Assembly (NCBI RefSeq): GCF_002571385.2
Contig: NW_019217845.1
Span: 227,452 to 291,451 of the forward strand
Reading direction: 5' to 3'
DNA length: 64,000 nt
Origin: Stylophora pistillata
Taxonomy: Eukaryota
In this document: positions 23,009 to 32,794 of the stretch, one piece after another
How the letters are laid out: every line of letters begins with the position of its first letter
How positions within the stretch are numbered: the stretch's first letter is position 1
The notes under the pieces: generated by a model
What the model saw: the letters and a program-made list of their open reading frames with translations, nothing else
What the model was told of the DNA's origin: nothing
The model's database searches: none
Translations under genes and position numbers: made by a program

Positions 23009-25750
23009 TCACATGACCGTACAGCAAGCTGCATTCCTCCTCAGCCTACAAATTGGAGTGAGCACGGTCATCAGACGCCTTGCGATCTCTTCAGTGATGT
23101 CGAGCCGATGTACCATGATCCATTCTTCTGCAGGATTCTGACATGAACTTTGTAAACTCTGCACAGCACTTCCGTTCTTTGATCTTTTATCTTCGTTTAG
23201 AGCGCGCTCTTCCTCTGGCGTCAATGTACGTTCCAACTCATTGCTTTGGGTAGGAGTTATCGCTTCATGTTCGCGCTCAATAACTAGTTTCTCACTGCCT
23301 TCGTTTCCGTCTCGTAGTACCCCTTTGTCGGACGATACTCCTTCGTTAATGACTCGTACTTCTTCGTCTTCGGTATCGGGGTCGGTATTTGTGTTTTCTA
23401 GTGCCTCGTCTACACGCGATGTCTTAGTTTCCGGAGGAATAACATGTACTTCGGCAATGGCTTGCGTTTCGTCATCTTCGGTATTGGCATCGGTTCCCGA
23501 TGTGTCGCTTTCCGATAATTCATCGTCTTCGGTAAACGGATAAGCCAAAGCAGTCACTACTGTAAGATCCGAATCGTATCCGTCAAGATGGCGGTGACGA
23601 CCTTCAGATCTCGTTTCACTCATCTGCCTTTGGATTCCGGTGAAACCTTGGATTTCGGTGAAGGTATTTCCATCGTCGCTACTGCCCTTGCTTTCTTCCT
23701 CGTGAGTTGCTTGTTTATCTTTCTTGGCCTGCTCGTCAATAACAACTCGTACTTCGACAACATGCCCTCCTTCAGCTTTAGCGGATGTTTCTATTTGTTT
23801 GTCCTTGCGCACCAAAGTCTCTTCTGGAATTTCAACTTCAGCTTTCACTTCCTTCTGTTCGTTGGTATTGTTTTCTTGTGGCGACAACTCGTTGTTCTCT
23901 TTACAATTCAGCTGACCAGCGTTCTTTTCTTTCTTTTGATCAAGCTCTTTTGTTGTCACATTTTCCAAATCGTCCACCACGTTTGATTTCGCGTCGGTTG
24001 TTTTTGTGTCTTGCTTTAATTCAACAACAACAGCACCAGCTGTTTCTCCGAGCGCATCTTTGTCTTGGATCTCAGTTTCATCATCTTCTTTCTGCTTCTT
24101 CAACTCTCGATTGCTGTCTGTTAACTCCTTCTTTCTCTTCACTGCCTTAGAATTTTCTTCGCATTCGGTCAACTTTTCTTCATTTTCTTTTCGGGCGACA
24201 CTTTGTACATCAACGCTTTCCTCCAATCCAGAACTTTCACTCTTGTCCTCTTCGTCTATCTTCTTTGTTACTCCCATATCTGCGTTGGCAGTTTTTTCAT
24301 CCCCTTTCGATTTTTTCTTCCCTTGTAGAGCAGAACTTGGATTCGTAAACTTCCTGAATGAACGACGCAAAATATTTTCCTTCTTCTTCTTCTTGAGTGA
24401 AAGTTGTCTTGTCGCTTCATGCGCCTTGGCGGAATCGTCTTCCTTTTCTGTGCTGTTCTTTTCTTCTTCGAGAGAATCGCCCTGTTTCTCTTCAACAGAG
24501 CCCGATTTCTCCTCTGCTGTTGCCTGTTCGTCTTCCATTGCAATCAATTTGTGTTCTTCTCCATTGCCTGGACTTTTTTCTTTAAAGTCAGCTTGCTTGC
24601 GCAGTGCATCACCATCCATAACGCTTATGTCATCAGTTTCTTTGCCCACATCGATGTTGGTGCTCGGGTTGATTTCACTATTGTTTCCCTCATCTTTTTT
24701 AATTGATTTTCCTTTTGGTTTTTTCAGACTGGGTTTGTTACGCTTGAAGCTTAGAACCGTCACTTTTTTCTTCTGCTTGCTGGTCTCTTTCTTCGCAAGG
24801 TCAACTGTTTCTTCTTTCTCATCTTCTTGCTCATTCGATTCACCTTTGTTAGCGACAACAGGTATCTTCGACGAAGTCTCTTCTATGGCCATCTTCTGAG
24901 GATCTTCAGAGCTCTCGAATTTTTCAGATGGTTGCCTATGGCCGTCGCATGCGTCAGTGTAAACGCTTTGACTGAAAGTATATTTGCCTTTTGTGGTTCG
25001 ACGGAAACTTGGAAATTGCTTCATATTCAAGCCTTTGTTGTCCGTCGCTGTGGACTTGTCGTCTTGGACTCCCTCGGGAGAAGTAAACGGTTCTTTGTTT
25101 TCAATCTTCATCGTACTTTCAACAGTCTCGAATTTCGCTTCGTTAGCTTTATCCGCTGGTTCGTCACAAATCTCTTTCGCCCTCTCCTCGACGATCTTCG
25201 GATCCTCTTCGATAGTTTCACATTTCAAAATTTCAACACGTTTTTCTTCTTCGAGGGAGGTTTTGCGTTTGGAAATTTTCCCTTTCTTAGAACGGCGAAA
25301 ACTCAATCTCCCTTTCTTGCTGCTGTTGGCTTGATCGGGTTTGAAGGTTTGTTTTTCATTGCTCTTTAAGTCTTGAGTTATTTGAGTGTCCTGTTCACCT
25401 TGGCTTTCTTTGTTCGTATTTTCTTTAGCTGTTTCTTCTGTCGTTGCGATTTTCTCGCTGTCCTGTGAGGTGCTTTCTTCTAAACCGGTCGCCGTTTCGT
25501 CTGCCTCTTTCCCCTCAACGATTTCGCGTTTTCCTGCCATTTTCATCTCAGAATTATCAACGCTATTTTTTTTGTCAGAAGCAAAATAAGAACTTTCCTG
25601 ACCTTTAAACTCGCTCTCCAAATGTCCTTTAGGTTGTGTTTTTGTTGCCTCTTTTCCACTCTTCGTTTTTGGCGTCGATTCTCGGCTGTGTTCGTCTTTG
25701 GCGCCGAAAAGCTGCTCGTCGATTCCACTTGTTTGCGAACTCTCTGCCAT
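23009..25750 (-). CDS. Orphan ~913-aa acidic/Lys-rich disordered protein with polybasic SF[RK]R segments, a C-terminal EEWIMV motif and CaaX (AACCTVM)
   Basis: Uninterrupted 2.7-kb ORF; first ATG at 25750 (aaaATGG, MAESSQ); ends CCTVM-stop; no recognisable globular domain. Confidence 0.85.
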   Translation of the reverse strand: MAESSQTSGIDEQLFGAKDEHSRESTPKTKSGKEATKTQPKGHLESEFKGQESSYFASDKKNSVDNSEMKMAGKREIVEGKEADETATGLEESTSQDSEKIATTEETAKENTNKESQGEQDTQITQDLKSNEKQTFKPDQANSSKKGRLSFRRSKKGKISKRKTSLEEEKRVEILKCETIEEDPKIVEERAKEICDEPADKANEAKFETVESTMKIENKEPFTSPEGVQDDKSTATDNKGLNMKQFPSFRRTTKGKYTFSQSVYTDACDGHRQPSEKFESSEDPQKMAIEETSSKIPVVANKGESNEQEDEKEETVDLAKKETSKQKKKVTVLSFKRNKPSLKKPKGKSIKKDEGNNSEINPSTNIDVGKETDDISVMDGDALRKQADFKEKSPGNGEEHKLIAMEDEQATAEEKSGSVEEKQGDSLEEEKNSTEKEDDSAKAHEATRQLSLKKKKKENILRRSFRKFTNPSSALQGKKKSKGDEKTANADMGVTKKIDEEDKSESSGLEESVDVQSVARKENEEKLTECEENSKAVKRKKELTDSNRELKKQKEDDETEIQDKDALGETAGAVVVELKQDTKTTDAKSNVVDDLENVTTKELDQKKEKNAGQLNCKENNELSPQENNTNEQKEVKAEVEIPEETLVRKDKQIETSAKAEGGHVVEVRVVIDEQAKKDKQATHEEESKGSSDDGNTFTEIQGFTGIQRQMSETRSEGRHRHLDGYDSDLTVVTALAYPFTEDDELSESDTSGTDANTEDDETQAIAEVHVIPPETKTSRVDEALENTNTDPDTEDEEVRVINEGVSSDKGVLRDGNEGSEKLVIEREHEAITPTQSNELERTLTPEEERALNEDKRSKNGSAVQSLQSSCQNPAEEWIMVHRLDITEEIARRLMTVLTPICRLRRNAACCTVM

Positions 25751-28431
25751 TTTAAAACGAAATTTGAGAAAGATCCTAACGCTTGCGTTACAAACTTGCC
25801 TTTGCAAAATGATTAGAATTTAAATGAAAGAGAAATATCAAATCTGTCCAATGATCGTCACAGTGACAGTCACGTGATGCATATGCACGTGAAATTAACG
25901 AGTGTTTTGTGTGAGACCTTTATCGACAGGTTGACATCGAGCTTTTCGCGTCGTCAATTTAAGTATTGTGCGTTTAACTTTTATCACTGAGATGGTTTAG
26001 CTGAATTTTATACTTAGAGGAAAAGGGAAAAGTGTAGGTTCAACAGTGTAACAAACCAATCAGAATAATTTCAAAGGCGGTTCCTTTTTTTTCTGCCACA
26101 TGTTGGCAAGGTGTAAAAACTAGCACGGTGGTTTAAACACGAATGCTGCGTCACGAGTTTATTTGTGATTAACATGTGTAAAGAACGTGAACAACTACAT
26201 CAAGACACAATCTGATTTCCTGAATAAAACTTTGATATGTCTTCTTTTCGCGTGAAACGAAAATTTCCACCGAAACAACTCTTAGTCCAAACAGTAGCTC
26301 TCTCAAGAGTTCACTTTGGCGGAGCGTACTTAAAGCTCTTTTTTCAGCGCGCTTTTATCGAAATATTTCCTTCCCGAGAGCGATCAATACACGAACAGTT
26401 TTCTTCATCCTTTTCTAGGTGCTCATTATATAGCGCTGGGGTCAAGCTCCACATTTTACACGAACTTTTGGCAATGGAGTAGATATTGGCGGCAAATGGC
26501 AAAACATTCCGCATTTCCTGAACCATTTTGGTCGCTGGAGAATGTATTTTTTGTTTGCTTAATTAGAATATGCTCTTCTTTACTCGCTCCTTTTTTGGAT
26601 CTGCACGAGGATTCAACAAGTAAACAAGATAAAGTTCGAGCTTAAAATCCCTTATGACTCTCATGTGAGTTCAGTTAAGGACATTACGTCATGCTAATCT
26701 GTTGTTACGAGCCAAGTTACTTGAACTTAAAGGAAAATGCCCTGAAAATATCAGTTTGATAAGATTGAAAACACCAAAATGAACAGAATAAACCAGAAAA
26801 GGTTGAGGGTAATTAAGAGTGAAAAATATTTGTACAAATTGCAAATTACGGACTGAACTATTGAGGCTAAATTTTTGCGATATGTGAAGTATAACGCACT
26901 CGGTGGACAAATTGTTGCTTTTTTGCTACGTGAAGTGCGGGCGTGAAAAACTTAAGATTTGCGACAGAGGAGGCTAAACGAGCTTCTATGATTTTCAAGC
27001 GACTCAAACGGACTGAATTACTAGAGAAGTAAGAAGGTTTTGATTTTCATTGGTGTTGTTAGTTCGACTTTTTTCATACTAAACACAAAAATCGAAGTTA
27101 GTAAACAGGGCTATTTATAGGTGCAAGTTATCGATTATTCATTTACTGTAAGAATAACGAATCCGTAGTTTCGATAAGAAAGGACCCTTGATGAAGTGAT
27201 CTAGAATTATGGCTACCTTGAATTTGGTGAAAATAAATTGAAGTTTCAGAGGTTAGAAAATAGGGTGGTAGCTGATCCCTTCGAGGGCTTTGATGATTCA
27301 TCGACATTTGTTTTATAACGTTCTGCATGTGTAATGAAGTGCGGACAGGTTCCGTCAAATACTCTTTGGCGGAGCCGTCAAAACTTCAAACGCACGATTT
27401 TCCCCGTTTGAAAAAAATAATTGACAGACCTGGAAGCATTTGTTTGATAATCGTTTAATCTCTTGTTATGTTTTTACAGTTTAACCAGTCTTCACTCGAA
27501 ATCAAAAGAAAAAAAAAGGCATTTGGCGGTCTATAGAATAAATATTTGAGCTGGTTGTCTAAAATCTGGTACATAACGAAGACGGTGTGAACTTTTTTAC
27601 CAAAATATTTTTCTTCAAACGATGCTTTCAAAACCAAACACATTTGAACTCTTCTTAACCTAGACCATCTAAGTTTCTTTACAACCCTAAATATTTTCAA
27701 CATAATATTTGAGCGTGACAAAATTTGGAGAAATCATATGATAGCGTAATGACTTAAAGTTACGTAAAAAAAAAAAGCAAGGTAAAAAAAAAAAAGTCTC
27801 GCTCTTGGAGCTTGAAAGGTTCAGAACTGAACAAATTGCTGCGGCTATCTATAATATTTTTATCACTGTGTTAAATGAAATAATTCTTATTTTTCTGAAA
27901 CAAGCAAGGATCAACCTCGACAAAACGTTTCAGCAATATGATTATTTTTTTTCGCAATAAATTATTTCCAAAAGATAGATTTTTAAAACAATAAAAGAAA
28001 TGAATTGAAAAATCAAAATATGAAAGAGTCGATTCCTCTTTTTGTGAGCCAATGTCGAGGATTTTCTATTACATAACGTGGTTTGATTTCTTCAGAACGC
28101 TCAAAAAGGAACCCCATGACAGCATAGTGACTTCTTTAGTTATGTAATGAGAAAATTGTTAGAACAGTTCAAGTCAACCGGCTTGGTTTAAAAATCCGAT
28201 ACGATGTAAAAATGAAATATTGATTTGATTGTCAAGTTTTCTACGAAACAACAGTAAAGTTAACGAGTGGTTGCGAAACAGAAATAGGATCCAAAACATA
28301 GCTATTGTTCTTTGATCGTATCAATATCCTCATTTTTTTTTTTTTCTTTAGCTCGTGATGGTAGTTCATGCGCGAGATTCGTGTAACCCAAGTGAGCTAC
28401 TCAAACTGTCCTCCTCAAAGTTCATTACCTC

Positions 28432-29481
28432 TCACAGAAGTGTCTCTTCAATCGGTTTTGCCGCTTTTATCTTCTTTTTAGCCTTTTGGAGCATTTTTCG
28501 ACGTTTGATCGCACTTGTGAAGTACTGAGGGTATTTCTTGATCAAAGGCGCCATGAGATACACCAGAACTTGTCTAGTGGCTTCTTTAGCTTGTTGTGCA
28601 CGATTCATCAGGGAATTCCAGAGAACGTCTAGCTTCACGAGGCCAAAACCATAGGCACACAAGGACATTTCATACTGAAGTAGGGAAGAAATTGAGTGGG
28701 TCAGAAGAGAATTATCGGTGCTTAATCCAAGACCTTTGAACATCGCGTGCACTTCCAAGTAGGTCCCAGTTGAAGGCACGCCAATCTTCTCTTGTAATTC
28801 CTGGAGACTCTCAACTTTCTTGATCGCTTCCATTAATTCGTCAGCATCGGGGTCGATTTTCTCAGAAACTTCATTTTGAATCTCTTGGATTACTGTCGAA
28901 ACATCGGCGGTCACATCTGGGACTTCGATGTTTTCGCCCATGGCGTCTGTGACTCCTTCTAATCCAATATGAGGGCTACCTTCGCCTTGACTGACCAGTT
29001 GTGGAACAGCTTCCTCAACGTTTAGTTTGTCCACCGGCAGGGCGGCTACTGGAATGGTCTCTGTCGGCAGAGGATCTTGTTTTTCGTTTTCGTCCCGTCG
29101 ATTCTTCCTCCTCATTGCAAATGATCGTCCAAGTGTGAGACCACGTCTTAGTCGACTCTTAGACTTTTCCTTTTCGTCTTCCAGTGTTTTTGCTTGTCCA
29201 TCCTCTGTTTCTAGTTCATCGCCAGAACTTGGAATGGGCAACTCGCTAGAAGTGACGAGCGAACGATGGCGTCTGTGTCCCTTTTTGACCTTCTTCTTCT
29301 TCTCTGGTTTAGTGATTTCCTGTTCAGGCGTTTCTGGTTTTGAATTTTCTGGTTGAGGAGTTTCTTCTTTAGGAATTTCTGGTTCAGAAAACTCTTCTTT
29401 TGAAGTTTCGTCTTCTTTTTTATCACTTATCCAGGGAAGTAATCCAACGAGGCCTCGCTTGACGGAAAAGCTCTCTGCCAT
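28432..29481 (-). CDS. Orphan ~349-aa protein: disordered acidic/basic N-half, helical C-terminal region, ends ETLL (class I PDZ-ligand-like)
   Basis: Single ORF from ATG 29481 (aacATGG, MAESFS); TATA box and CCAAT boxes directly upstream. Confidence 0.8.
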   Translation of the reverse strand: MAESFSVKRGLVGLLPWISDKKEDETSKEEFSEPEIPKEETPQPENSKPETPEQEITKPEKKKKVKKGHRRHRSLVTSSELPIPSSGDELETEDGQAKTLEDEKEKSKSRLRRGLTLGRSFAMRRKNRRDENEKQDPLPTETIPVAALPVDKLNVEEAVPQLVSQGEGSPHIGLEGVTDAMGENIEVPDVTADVSTVIQEIQNEVSEKIDPDADELMEAIKKVESLQELQEKIGVPSTGTYLEVHAMFKGLGLSTDNSLLTHSISSLLQYEMSLCAYGFGLVKLDVLWNSLMNRAQQAKEATRQVLVYLMAPLIKKYPQYFTSAIKRRKMLQKAKKKIKAAKPIEETLL

Positions 29482-29551
29482 GTTCACTTGAATAGCTACA
29501 ATGACATAATGACAACAGCTGAACTTTGTTAGAAAAAATATATGAATTCGT

Positions 29552-29649
29552 CTTTATATAGCTGAACGAGTTCAAACGTGTTAATTCTCTTACTGATGCA
29601 ATGTCATAGCAAATAAGCGTGGCGCTCACCAATGCAGCACGTTGATTGG
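29552..29649 (-). promoter_or_regulatory. Core promoter of the 28432-29481 gene (TATA + two CCAAT boxes)
   Basis: Minus-strand CTATATAAAG at ~29552-29561; CCAAT at ~29629 and ATTGG at ~29645. Confidence 0.55.
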
Positions 29650-30873
29650 ACAAACATACGATAAGTTAAACAATGACTCCGTTTAGGTTGAGCAGTCTCG
29701 ATCAAAGTTCACCGGGTTTGTAGTCGTAACGAATTTGTCACTTGAACTTTAATATGAAAATAAAGTGAACATTGTTCGTTGCGTGGTAAAACGCAGAATT
29801 ATCTCTTTGGGGCTTGAACATACCTTACGCTGTGATCATGTTTCTCCCAAAGTATTCAATCCGATTGCGAAAAAATGAACTGAAACCCTTTCTAGCCCCA
29901 AAAGAGTCTTTCCTACGTCACCTAGCCGTGCACAAACAGGACGTCACGTTAGAGGCAGAAATTTTATTAAAGCTAGGTTTATTATAAGTTTTTTTTCGCT
30001 CGCTGGAAAAAAAATAGGACACAAGATTGTGTTACATTGCTTTGAGCTGCTGTCACTACCTTTTGTCAGTATCGGTCCAATTGAAAAACGAATGTCAGGT
30101 CAAGAGAGTAAAGTGAGAGTTTAAAGTAAATTCTTACAACCAAAACCACAATGAATGTATGATGAGAGTTAAGGAGAATCTGTATCTTGACAAAAGGGTC
30201 CAAAGAACTACAGTCGATCTAGAATAAGTAAACATTTCCTGGTTAAAGCTCAACGTTTCCGTTGGAACATGACCCTTGGGAATATTCAGGTGTTGAGGTA
30301 AATGTTGATAACTGCCTCTTATGTCACGAACTCAGAAAAAAAAACAAAAAAACGCAGTCGTCTGCATGGAATTCCACACGCTTTTACCTAGGACTTTTTT
30401 CATTTATTTGAGTTAAACGTATACGCGAGGGTAATAAAATGTTGTGGCTTACTCGTGGAATGCCTATAGTTGAAGCCAGTATATTTACGTACAATGTGGG
30501 AGGCAAACCTTTGAAACGCAGGGGTGCTCATGTACGGTAGGAAAAAAAGCAAGGTGGGCACGCGACGAGCTCGAGTCCAATATCATATCTTAATGCGTTG
30601 ACCTTTAAAAAATGTTTATTTGGACGATTGCATAATATGTGGCTGTAGTTAATCTCGGGGGTTTAAATAAATGAATGCTTCATCGACTGTTAATCGTGAC
30701 CGTTCGATTCCTTCACCGGAAATAGGGTAGAACTGATTCAGCCATGTGGATCCCGGTATAGGCCGGGAGGCCTGGAATGTAGCTTCCTCCTCCTCTCCAA
30801 TCTTTTCGGTTAGAAGTAACATGCACGTTCTGGGAAACGTGCCCAAGACCCTTTAATCTTGATCTACAACGCT

Positions 30874-30889
30874 AGGGCGGATCTAGGGG

Positions 30890-30920
<31 letters not shown>

Positions 30921-31037
30921 TTTTCTCTCAGAACGCTGGAAATCATGTTTCCGAAGACCTAATTTTCAATATCTTAAACCCCTCAGAAGGGGAACAGTTC
31001 TCCGAACCCCCCTTGACTAAATCCTGGATCCGCCCCA
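30874..31037. mobile_element. hAT-like MITE
   Basis: TIR gggcggatctagg / cctggatccgcccc; imperfect 8-bp flanks acaacgct/gcaacggt. Confidence 0.6.
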
Positions 31038-32155
31038 GCAACGGTCTTTTTTTTTCTTCTCCGACCTTGTGATTGATTGTCACTTGAAGCTATTGAGCGC
31101 TGTTAGCTGTGCGATTTTGGGCGCCATCATTGTTATATTTCGATCTGCCCACCTAAATAAATTTTTGATAAAAGCGATATATGTTATTATCTGCAATTGG
31201 AAAGGGAGCTCTTGGAATAAATGAGAGAAAAGTACTTTTTTGGACTGATAAATTTCTTTATCGCTTTGGGTACATGAAGTTGTAGGAAATAATTTGTTCA
31301 ATGAAAAAGCCAGAGGCCCTTTACAATCTAGCCTCCTGCGCTGACGTTCTTAGGCATCATCACGCAATCATTCCTCCCCCACGAACATGACAATTGTTCG
31401 TTACTTCCGGTGTGCATTTTCGTTAAGTGATTTGTTTTTCAATTCTCTCGGTGGTTTCGTTGCCTTCCTGTTCTTTCGTTAAGCTTAGTCATCAGTCGAC
31501 CGATCTTTGACACCAATACTGCATTCACTACTGAGAAAAGAAGTGATGGCATGAACTTCACAGAAACACTCATTGAAGGATACAGGTGTTATTTATTTCA
31601 CAATTGTTTTTTTTAGGTATCTTCCGTCACACAGGTTTCTAATTACTTCCATCTCAAATGACTTCCGGTCATCTTTTGAAGTGCAACTCACGGGAAAACA
31701 CTCTACTATGCTTGTTAAGCTAGATTTCAATAGACAGTACATTCCTAGGACAAATTCGCATTCCTCAAAATTCCGTCTTAAAAGTCTGACTTTGCTAAAA
31801 CAGGATTAAAACTAATCCTTTGTTAAAATGTAAACGTATAATCTGGTGGTTTTGAAAAAAAGAAAAGCATTTTGAACAAAACTTACAAAACTTTGGCGTG
31901 TTTTGCAACAAGTTTTGTTCGCTCAAAATTCTCCAAATGAACCCATGTCTAAAGTGGCTAAAATGAACAACCTGCATTTCATTTTCGACTGATCCTACAG
32001 TTAAACTCCCAACTTAAACTAAAACTATGCTTCTTTTCATAATTTCTTCATTCCCCAGTGCGAAATACGCTTCGTATCTATGAGTATGTGTTCAAAATAG
32101 TTTTGTAAAACTCGATTGTAATTTATGAGTTTCTCTCAGTCAACCAACGAGAAGT

Positions 32156-32794
32156 TTAGAGAATATGACAAAAACGCTCCGGTTCAACTTCTTTGTATGG
32201 TGTGCACTTCCTTCTTAAATAAAGTGTTCGCTTTGCCTCTTCCTTCTCGAAAGCTTGAAGATTGAGATCAACTATGGTCCATTCCCCGATTGAGGAGAAA
32301 AATACGGGACTCTCAGCGATTCCAAAGACGTAATTATCGGGATTTGGAAGCGATCCACGGCAAGCATTGGAACTTTTAGAACTGGCTTGGTTTTCGTCCA
32401 ATGTTTCCTGTGTCTTTCCATAATAGCAGTTCGGTTTGTGTTTCTCCATTTTGTGTCTCACGCCGTCCGATTTCTTTCTTTTCCACAAATGAAGATTAAG
32501 ACTCACATATTCAAAATCTCCGTTTGGGGTATTAATATTTGGATGTTTGTCAGTTTGTAGCTGTGCGATTTCCACCGGCATCAAATCGTGCGTAGTCCGA
32601 GTTTTGTTTTGGTAATTAGCTATCTCTGTTGGTGTGACCACTACGCTTGTTTCGGTAATTAACCCATCAGCTCTCAAAACGTGGGTTTGATCCTCATGAA
32701 AGTCGTAATTCCACTCCAATTGACAACTCGGGGTCGCTGAACAGTCGCAGCGTAAGTTGTTCCGATCGCTGGGTGGGAACTGGTTTCTAGTCAT
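32156..32794 (-). CDS. Orphan 212-aa protein with GEWTIVDL motif and C-terminal CaaX (CHIL, geranylgeranyl-type)
   Basis: Single ORF. A polypyrimidine/AG acceptor ~14 nt upstream of the ATG suggests a 5'UTR intron. Ends CHIL-stop. Confidence 0.72.
   Translation of the reverse strand: MTRNQFPPSDRNNLRCDCSATPSCQLEWNYDFHEDQTHVLRADGLITETSVVVTPTEIANYQNKTRTTHDLMPVEIAQLQTDKHPNINTPNGDFEYVSLNLHLWKRKKSDGVRHKMEKHKPNCYYGKTQETLDENQASSKSSNACRGSLPNPDNYVFGIAESPVFFSSIGEWTIVDLNLQAFEKEEAKRTLYLRRKCTPYKEVEPERFCHIL

Noticed and set aside
24006-24899. 297-aa plus-strand ORF and other antisense ORFs over 23-25.8 kb, 29 kb and 41.5-44.5 kb
   Set aside because: Ser/Phe/Leu-rich shadows of the E/K-rich minus-strand coding sequences.
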